Assembly (NCBI GenBank): GCA_963776345.1
Contig: CAVZMH010000016.1
Span: 224,001-288,000 of the forward strand
Length of the DNA: 64,000 nt
Reading direction: 5' to 3'
DNA from: an uncultured delta proteobacterium
Lineage (GTDB): Bacteria > Myxococcota > Myxococcia > Myxococcales > Myxococcaceae
Part shown: in pieces, positions 57,141 through 64,000 of the stretch
Layout of the letters: every line of letters begins with the position of its first letter
Position numbering within the stretch: position 1 is the first letter of the stretch
Position numbers and translations under genes: made by a program
Notes under the pieces: generated by a model
What the model was told of the DNA's origin: nothing
Seen by the model: only the letters and a program-made list of their open reading frames with translations
Database searches by the model: none

Positions 57141-59549
57141 TCACTGGCCGGCAGTGGCCCCCTTCCCTTCCTCCTCCCGGAGCCGCTGGAGTTCCTCCGG
57201 GGAGAGCTTCTCTGGCTCGAGCACCACCACCACCTTCTTCAGCGTGCCGTTGAAGGCGTAAGGCATCTTCGCAGCGTACTCCTCGACGACCGGCGTTCCG
57301 ATGTCTTCCCCGACGTCGAACGTCTCATCGAGTGAGAATCGGCTTCGGACAGTCGCCGGGATGTGCCCCGCGGCCACCTGACTGCCGTCGACGAAGAGCG
57401 TGGCCTCGCCTCCCTTGCCCGCGCCGCCGCCGTTGTACTTGAAGCTGACGCGAACGACGTGGTTCCCGGGGGATAGGGCAACCTCCGAGGCCACCTTGGT
57501 CTTGTGGCGCGGCTGGTTCGAGAGCGCGTACGCGAATCGCGGCTTGCCGTCGTCGAGCCACAGCGCCCAACCCCCGAAGCGCCCGCCGATCGTCGCCAGC
57601 ACCCCCGAGGCTCCGCTCGACGGGACGGCAATCTCGGCACCCACGGCAAATGACTTGTTCTTGAAGTTCGGCGCGGACCCCTCGGGGATGCGGATGGCCC
57701 CCGGGTAGTACGTGAACTCGCTTCGCCCGCGGGTCAGGCTGGGCCGGATGGCCGGATCGACGCGCGAAGCGAAGCTCGCGTCGAGCGGATAGACGTTGTA
57801 CTTCCTGGCCTCGGCATCGAAGGCCGCCTGTAGCTCCTTGAGCTTGGCGGGATTCTTCTCGGCCAGGTTCGTAGCCTGACTGAAGTCGCTGCGGACGTCG
57901 TACAGCTCCCACTTGAAGTCGTCGGGACTCGGCTCCTGGCCGATCGTCACCCAGGGCAAACGGAGCGGCGTCGTGCTGGCCATCCAGCCGTCCTTGTAGA
58001 TGCCGCGATTGCCCACCAGCTCGAAGTACTGCGTCGTGTGGCGGGTTGGCGCCCTGGGGTCGTTGAAGGTGTAGACCAGGCTGGTGCCGTCGAGGCGCTT
58101 CTGCTTCACGCCGTCGATCGTGGACGGAGGCTGGATCCGTGCCGCCTCGTAGATGGTGGGCACGATGTCGATGACGCTGCTGAACTGGGTGCGGAGCCCG
58201 CCCTTGTCCTTGATCCGGCCAGGCCAGGCGATGAGCATCCCGTTCCGGGTGCCGCCGAAGTGCGAGGCCACCTGCTTGGCCCACTGCAAGGGGGAGTCCA
58301 TGGCATGGGCCCACCCCACCGGATAATGGTTGTAGGTCAGCGGCCCTCCCAGCGAGTCGTACATCGATAACAAGTAAGGGAGCGGCTCCTCGACACCGTT
58401 GGCCGCCGTGGCGACCTCGTTGGTCGTCCCCTGGAGCGTGCCCTCGGCGCTGGCCCCGTTGTCCCCCATGATGAAGATCACCAGCGTGTTGTCCGCCTGC
58501 CCTCCCTCTCGCACCGCATCAAGAAGGCGGCCTATCTGAAAGTCGGCGTGCGAGAGGGCGCCCGCATAGACCTCCATCATGTGGGCATAGAGGCGCTTCT
58601 GGTCCGCGGAAAGGGTGTCCCAGGCGGGAATCTGTTCGGGCCGCTTGCTGAGCTGCGTCCCGGCAGGGACAACCCCCAGCGTGAGCTGTCGAGCCAGCGT
58701 CTCCTCGCGGACGCGGTCCCAGCCCTGGTCGAACTTGCCCTTGTACCGGTCGATCCACTCCTTGGGAGCGTGGTGCGGCGCATGCGCCGTCCCGGTGGCG
58801 TAGTAGAGGAACCAGGGCTTGTGGGGCGCGAGCGAGTGCTGCATCTCGAGCCAGGCGATGGCCCGGTCCGCCAGGTCGCGGTCGAGGATGTAGTCCGGCT
58901 TGCCGAGGTAGGGTTCGATGGGGACATTGTTCTCGAACAGCGCTGGGTGCCACTGGTCGCTGTCGCCGCCGACGAAGCCGTAGAAGTACTCGAACCCGAG
59001 ACCGGTGGGCCAGAGGTCGAACGGGCCCGCCCGACTGGACATCCAGTCAGGGACGTTGTGCATCTTTCCGAACCACGAGGTGTTGTAACCGTGGCCCCTC
59101 AGCACCTGCGCGACCGTGCCGCAGTTCCTGGGTACCAGCGAGTTGTAGCCCGGGTACCCGGTGGCCATCTCGGTGATCACCCCGCTGGCGCAACTGTGGT
59201 GGTTGCGTCCCGAGATGAGCGCCGCGCGGGTCGGCGAGCACAGGGCGGTGGTGTGGAAGGTGTTGTAGCGAAGCCCGGCATCCGCCACGCGCTGGAAGGT
59301 CGGGGTCTGGATCGGGCCACCGAAGGTCGAGCTCGCCCCGAAGCCGACGTCGTCGGTGAGGATGAGCAGGACGTTCGGGGCGCCCGCCGGGGCCTCCACG
59401 CCCTTCGGAAAATCGGGCTTCGAGTCCTTGACCGTCCGGCCGATCTTTCCCCGGAAGGGCTGGTCGGCCGGGGGCAGCGGTTGTGCCACTGCCGCCATTG
59501 TGGACAAACACACCGAGACGACGACAACGAAGCGTCCGCCAGCTCTCAC
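57141..59549 (-). CDS. Exported arylsulfatase (formylglycine-dependent)
   Basis: PNVLLILTDDVGF, CSPTRAALISGR, FGKMH, AHAPHH, GDNG; GAGGAGG RBS before GTG. Confidence 0.93.
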   Translation of the reverse strand: MRAGGRFVVVVSVCLSTMAAVAQPLPPADQPFRGKIGRTVKDSKPDFPKGVEAPAGAPNVLLILTDDVGFGASSTFGGPIQTPTFQRVADAGLRYNTFHTTALCSPTRAALISGRNHHSCASGVITEMATGYPGYNSLVPRNCGTVAQVLRGHGYNTSWFGKMHNVPDWMSSRAGPFDLWPTGLGFEYFYGFVGGDSDQWHPALFENNVPIEPYLGKPDYILDRDLADRAIAWLEMQHSLAPHKPWFLYYATGTAHAPHHAPKEWIDRYKGKFDQGWDRVREETLARQLTLGVVPAGTQLSKRPEQIPAWDTLSADQKRLYAHMMEVYAGALSHADFQIGRLLDAVREGGQADNTLVIFIMGDNGASAEGTLQGTTNEVATAANGVEEPLPYLLSMYDSLGGPLTYNHYPVGWAHAMDSPLQWAKQVASHFGGTRNGMLIAWPGRIKDKGGLRTQFSSVIDIVPTIYEAARIQPPSTIDGVKQKRLDGTSLVYTFNDPRAPTRHTTQYFELVGNRGIYKDGWMASTTPLRLPWVTIGQEPSPDDFKWELYDVRSDFSQATNLAEKNPAKLKELQAAFDAEARKYNVYPLDASFASRVDPAIRPSLTRGRSEFTYYPGAIRIPEGSAPNFKNKSFAVGAEIAVPSSGASGVLATIGGRFGGWALWLDDGKPRFAYALSNQPRHKTKVASEVALSPGNHVVRVSFKYNGGGAGKGGEATLFVDGSQVAAGHIPATVRSRFSLDETFDVGEDIGTPVVEEYAAKMPYAFNGTLKKVVVVLEPEKLSPEELQRLREEEGKGATAGQ

Positions 59550-59778
59550 GGTGCCCTCCTCCGGGGCGCCCCCGTTTGAGTCCAGGCCCCCGGCGGGGCT
59601 AGCACCAAACGAGCCGCCTTCACACCGGCGGGTGAGTATCCCGGCCGATGGGTCCATCATGAGCAGCGCGGGCGCAGTGCCTGATTCCTAGGCCGTTCGG
59701 TGAGGCGAGGGGGACGCGGGCGCCCACCGGATCCACGGAAGCTCCGTGACCGCCGCTGGTGCTATCGTTCTCCCCTTC

Positions 59779-60252
59779 ATGCGTTCCCCGGACGCGGATC
59801 CTAGCGACGGCGAGCGCCACGGCGGGCAGCGGGCCGGACTTGCCGCCCAGGTGGCAGATGCCCTGGTGACGCGTCTGGTCGACACGCGGCTCGCCGGGGC
59901 GCTTATCGAGCGCGTCCTGGAGGCGCTCATGGAGAGCCCGGCCCTCGAGCAGCTGGTGGTCCGGCTGCTGACACAGCTCGAGGACAGCCCGGCTATCGAC
60001 GCCCTGGTGGACCAACAGGTCGGGCGAGTACTCCAGGCTCTGGAGAAGAGCGAGGCCGTCCGCCAGCTGGTGCGCGAACAGGCTGGCGCCTACCTGGAGT
60101 ACATCACCGAACATCCGGAGCCGGTCCAGCAGCTCATCCAGGACCAGAGCCGCGGGATGGCGCGCGACTTCCAGGAGCGAGTGCGTGCCGCTGCGCGAGA
60201 CGCCGATGATGCGGTCGAGTCCTGGGTGCGTCGCGTGTTGAGGAGATCATGA
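59779..60252 (+). CDS. Hypothetical helical protein coupled to the RDD gene
   Basis: Amphipathic helical repeats; ATGA overlap with 60249. Confidence 0.65.
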   Translation: MRSPDADPSDGERHGGQRAGLAAQVADALVTRLVDTRLAGALIERVLEALMESPALEQLVVRLLTQLEDSPAIDALVDQQVGRVLQALEKSEAVRQLVREQAGAYLEYITEHPEPVQQLIQDQSRGMARDFQERVRAAARDADDAVESWVRRVLRRS

Positions 60253-60770
60253 CCCACCGATACGCCGGCCTGGCGAGTCGAGGAGCGGCGCTTGGGCTGG
60301 ACCTTGTGCTGCTGGCGGTCCTGGTGGCTGGTACCAGCTGGCTGGCGCAGCAGCTCGTGCTGCTCGACCCACAGCGTTGCCCACCGGCGCAAGCGTGGTG
60401 GCAGTTGCGCCGTCACCTCTGCCAGTTCATTCCGTACGTGGCCCCGGCGGCGGGGGTCGTGTTCTCGCCGCTGTACCGCGTGGGCTTCTGGACGCTCACC
60501 GGGCAGACGCCGGGCATGGTGCTCCTGGGCCTGCGGGTCCTCCGGGCCGACGGTGGGAGAGTGGGCCTGTTGGTTGCGCTGAAGCGGTTCATTGGACTCA
60601 TGCTGAGCGTGTCGACGCTTGGGATTGGCTTCCTGATGGTTCTGGTGACCGAGCGCCGGCGGGCCCTGCACGACCTGCTGGCTGGAACGGTGGTCGTCTA
60701 CGACTGGGGTACCCGGGTCCGCGCACCGCGCAGTCGCTCCCGACTCCTCAGCGCTGAGGCTAGATCGTGA
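60249..60770 (+). CDS. RDD-family membrane protein
   Basis: YAGLASRGAALGLD, GQTPGM..LGLRV, RRALHDLLAGTVVV. Confidence 0.88.
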   Translation: MTHRYAGLASRGAALGLDLVLLAVLVAGTSWLAQQLVLLDPQRCPPAQAWWQLRRHLCQFIPYVAPAAGVVFSPLYRVGFWTLTGQTPGMVLLGLRVLRADGGRVGLLVALKRFIGLMLSVSTLGIGFLMVLVTERRRALHDLLAGTVVVYDWGTRVRAPRSRSRLLSAEARS

Positions 60771-60865
60771 CAGGCCCCGGAGCGCGACCTCCAGGCCCTG
60801 AACTGAAAGGCGAAGGGCCGGAAGCCGCGCGGCGGACACCCGAGCGGCTCCGGCCCCATCACCCG

Positions 60866-62155
60866 ATGGCTGAACGCAAACGTCCTTGGCGGTGGCGTCT
60901 CCTTCCGGCGGCTGCCGTGGCGACGCTTGTCGCAGGCGCGGCCTGGGCGTTCGTTGCCGCCGGGATTCCTCCTCGCACAGTCACCCTGGCGACCGGTCCG
61001 CCGGGGAGCGCCTATGCAGCACTCGGGGAGAGATACCGCGTTACCCTCGCTCGCTCCGGCGTCGACCTCAGGCTGGTTCCGACCGCCGGCGACGTCGAGA
61101 ACCTGGCGAGGCTCCGCGATCCGCGATCGGGTGTGAGCGTCGGCTTCGTGATGGCTGGCCTGTCGGGCGCGTCCGAGGCATCCGAGCTGGAGACACTCGG
61201 GACCATCGCCTACGAGCCGGTGTGGGTGTTCGAGCGAAGCGCGGCGACCAGCCTGACTCTCGCCGGAGTCGCCGGAAGGCGGATCTCAATCGGCGCTCAG
61301 GGGAGCGGGACCCGGGTGATGGCGGAGAGGCTCATGGCTTTGTCGGGCATCGACATCCACGGGGCCAGCGAGGTGGACCTACCCCAGAGCGAGGCGGCGG
61401 AACGGCTGCTCCGGGGTGACCTTGAGGTCCTGGCGGTGGTGGATGCCTGGGACTCCCCGGTGGTCCGAAAGCTGGTGGCCGCGCCCCAGATTTCTCTGGT
61501 CAGCTTTCGCAGGGCCGACGCCTTCGTGGCACTGAACCCGGAGCTGACGAAGCTGGTCTTGCCAATGGGCGTCGGCGACCTCCGGGCAAACCGCCCGCCC
61601 GAGGACGTGCTGCTCATCGCCCCCAAGGGCAGCCTGGTGGTGCGGCGCGACCTCCACGACGCCATCCAGTACCTGCTCCTCGATGCCGCGGCTCAAATCC
61701 ACGCCCATCCCGGCATCTTCCAGAGGGCCGGGGCATTCCCGGCGGCCGAGTCGATCGATTTTCCCTTGAGCGACGAGGCCGCTCGGTACCACAAGTCCGG
61801 CCGCCCGTTCCTCCAGCGCTACCTTCCATTCTGGATGGCGGTCCTCTTCGAGCGGCTGCTCCTCCTTCTCATTCCATTGGTGGGCCTGGTGCTTCCGCTC
61901 GCCCGGGCGCTGCCTGGCGCGTACCGGAGCCTCGTCGAAGGGCGGATCCTCGCGCTCTACGGCGAGCTGAAGCTGCTCGAAACCGAGCTAGAGAGCCGAG
62001 CCAGCGGAGAGTCACGGGCCGAGCTAGCGCCGCGCCTCGATGCGCTCGAGCGCCGCGCGGGTCAGCTGCGGGTCCCTCGGAAGTACTTCCAGATGCTCTA
62101 CAACCTCAGGGTCCACATCCGATTGGTGCACGATCGCGTCCTCGGCCGCGCCTGA
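60866..62155 (+). CDS. TAXI-family solute-binding protein with C-terminal TM/coiled region
   Basis: TLATGPPGSAY, TAGDVENL, YEPVWVF, ISIGAQGSGT, PFLQRYLPFW. The start may be at 60767. Confidence 0.85.
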   Translation: MAERKRPWRWRLLPAAAVATLVAGAAWAFVAAGIPPRTVTLATGPPGSAYAALGERYRVTLARSGVDLRLVPTAGDVENLARLRDPRSGVSVGFVMAGLSGASEASELETLGTIAYEPVWVFERSAATSLTLAGVAGRRISIGAQGSGTRVMAERLMALSGIDIHGASEVDLPQSEAAERLLRGDLEVLAVVDAWDSPVVRKLVAAPQISLVSFRRADAFVALNPELTKLVLPMGVGDLRANRPPEDVLLIAPKGSLVVRRDLHDAIQYLLLDAAAQIHAHPGIFQRAGAFPAAESIDFPLSDEAARYHKSGRPFLQRYLPFWMAVLFERLLLLLIPLVGLVLPLARALPGAYRSLVEGRILALYGELKLLETELESRASGESRAELAPRLDALERRAGQLRVPRKYFQMLYNLRVHIRLVHDRVLGRA

Positions 62156-62166
62156 CGGCTGCGCGT

Positions 62167-62682
62167 CTACTTCCGGATCGGACGGAAGAAGAGCGCAGCG
62201 AGGCTGTCGGCCCGGAAGTGTTTTCGCAGCTCCCCGAATGCAAAGAAGGGGATCAAGGCGACGAACATCATGATTGCTCGAGCCACGGCCTCGTCACGGT
62301 CGCGCGGCGTGATGCCACGGAACGCCTCGAACAGCGCCTCGTGGTGGAGAACCCGCTTCACCGCCGTCTCAAGGATGCTGAAGGCGAAGAAGAGCAGCCC
62401 GAAGAGCAGGGACTTACGGAGAGCCACCCAAAAGAGGGGGGCGGCCGTCTCTCGCTCGCCGACGTGGAGCGCCTCGCCGATGAGGACGATCTTTCCCAGG
62501 ATGAGCCCCTCGACGATGGCCGAGCCATAGGAGAAGTAGACCCCGTACTCGGCCAGGATGAGGTGCCGGTAGAGCGTGAAGGCGCCGATGAACGCCGTCA
62601 TGTAGGCGGAGACAAGCAGGTAGTCCTTGAACTCGCGCCGCACCCTCGTCTTCAAGCTCGCGGGTTCTGTTCGGGTACTCAT
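62167..62682 (-). CDS. Hypothetical 4-TM membrane protein, paralogue of 26434-26958
   Basis: VEGLILGKIVLIG, FVALIPFFAFGEL, LFFR. Confidence 0.8.
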   Translation of the reverse strand: MSTRTEPASLKTRVRREFKDYLLVSAYMTAFIGAFTLYRHLILAEYGVYFSYGSAIVEGLILGKIVLIGEALHVGERETAAPLFWVALRKSLLFGLLFFAFSILETAVKRVLHHEALFEAFRGITPRDRDEAVARAIMMFVALIPFFAFGELRKHFRADSLAALFFRPIRK

Positions 62683-62795
62683 AGCGATCCGACCTCTCGC
62701 GCAGCGCCGGGGCTCTCGCCGCGCGCTCTAGAGGCCCCTCCCCCTCGTCCGGAGCCGTTTTGAGCCCGATCCGCCTCATCCCAGTGAGCGTGGGC

Positions 62796-63854
62796 TCACC
62801 AGTAGTAGCGGACCCCGATCGTCGCCAGCCAGGTGCTCCAGCTCACGTTGACGCTGGGCTGGACCTTGAACCGCCGCGCGACGAGCTGGAGCCCGAGCGC
62901 CAGATGCGGGCGGCCGGTGTAGAAGATGCCGCCGCCGAGATCGCTCACGTGCTGCAGATTGGTCCCGCCCGTGGGCGCGTTCCAGGCGAAGACTCCCTGT
63001 AGGCCGATCGGAACGCTGGAGATGGTGTAGAAGTCGAAGTCGAGCGCCACGCCGAGCCCGAAGCTCTGACCGCTGAAGGTTCCCGCGTTCTGGTCCTGGG
63101 TGACGAATGCGTACGAGACGTTGGCCGTGATGCCGAACGGACGCCACGGCGCCCAGTTCATCGCCAGCGCCGGCTGGATGGAGTACGAGTTGTTCTTCCC
63201 GAAGACGCCTCCCTCGCCGACCACGCAGTTCCCCTGCTGGCAGCTCTTGATGATGCTGCTGATCCCGCTCCCGATGGTGAGCGCCAGGCCCGGGCCGATG
63301 GCCCCGTCGAGGAGCAAGCCCACCTTGATCGAATCGCCGATGGGCAGGCTGGCGGTGAATCCCAGGGTGGCACCGGTGGAGAGGGCCGTTCCAATCACCA
63401 GCGCCGACGAGCCGTTGATGCCGGAGTAGACCAGCTCCTCGATGCTGAACCGCACCGAGAAATGGTCGAGAAAGGAGTACTCGTAGCCGAGGATCGCCCC
63501 GACGCCGGCGTAATTGAAGGTCCCGCTGTACAGCTTGTCGCCAATCTGTGCGGACCCGGTCGTGGTCCCGTAGGCCGTCTCGAGGAACGTCCCAAAGCTC
63601 GTGGTGGTCAGCGCCCCGGCGACCCGGTTGGAGGGCAGGAAGACGTGACCGTTGAGCACCCGCCCCGAGGGTGCGTCGGTTTCTCGCGGCACCAGCGGTT
63701 CCCCCTCCGATGTCGGGGCGGCCGGTGCCGGCGTCACCGTGGTCGGAGTTGCCGAGGGAGGGGTCGTCGACGTGCTGGCCTGCGCGTCATCCGTGGCCGC
63801 GGTTCCCGCCGTCAGGAGCCCGAGTACGGCCACCAAGGGGATCAGGGGTTGCAT
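62796..63854 (-). CDS. Hypothetical outer-membrane beta-barrel protein
   Basis: Signal peptide, Pro/Thr linker, amphipathic strands, C-terminal IGVRYYW. Confidence 0.7.
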   Translation of the reverse strand: MQPLIPLVAVLGLLTAGTAATDDAQASTSTTPPSATPTTVTPAPAAPTSEGEPLVPRETDAPSGRVLNGHVFLPSNRVAGALTTTSFGTFLETAYGTTTGSAQIGDKLYSGTFNYAGVGAILGYEYSFLDHFSVRFSIEELVYSGINGSSALVIGTALSTGATLGFTASLPIGDSIKVGLLLDGAIGPGLALTIGSGISSIIKSCQQGNCVVGEGGVFGKNNSYSIQPALAMNWAPWRPFGITANVSYAFVTQDQNAGTFSGQSFGLGVALDFDFYTISSVPIGLQGVFAWNAPTGGTNLQHVSDLGGGIFYTGRPHLALGLQLVARRFKVQPSVNVSWSTWLATIGVRYYW

Positions 63855-64000
63855 GGGCCGTTTCTCCTGACCAGAGCTTCGAACCGTCTCGCTGAAGGTG
63901 CGTTCTCGCACATCGGCGCATCCTCTGGTGCACACCAAGGGCCCATGGCGACCGCCTCGTCCGAACCTGAGCCCGCCGTCGCCCGCATCGGAGACCACCA

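Overview
High-GC (about 70%) bacterial DNA with gene content typical of Myxococcota (Anaeromyxobacter/Myxococcaceae-like; taxonomy inferred, not shown). About 57 CDSs, mostly envelope and stress functions: two MscS channels, AqpZ, PPK2, a GH63/MGH1-like hydrolase, several outer-membrane beta-barrels, an HdeA-like chaperone, a GAF kinase/FixJ-type two-component system, an RND pump, a DszB-like/CoADR-rhodanese/SulP sulfur module, a speD-DUF4178-DUF350-speE-amine oxidase operon, a DUF1592/DUF1552 pair, exported phospholipase-like proteins and an arylsulfatase. The main non-coding signal is a semi-palindromic box (core GACCWWGGTC, best copies GGACCTTGGTCTCATTG) found before at least seven transcription units. 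It sits a fixed 27-28 nt before a -10-like hexamer, suggesting a local activator regulon. Other signals: a 35-bp direct repeat flanking an inserted one-gene cassette, a displaced tRNA-fMet 3' half (att site) at 56.85 kb, and a decayed IS91/ISCR-like remnant. Five genes carry single-base frameshifts (assembly error or pseudogenisation). No CRISPR array, rRNA or intact tRNA was seen. All product calls come from motif recognition by eye; no database search was run.
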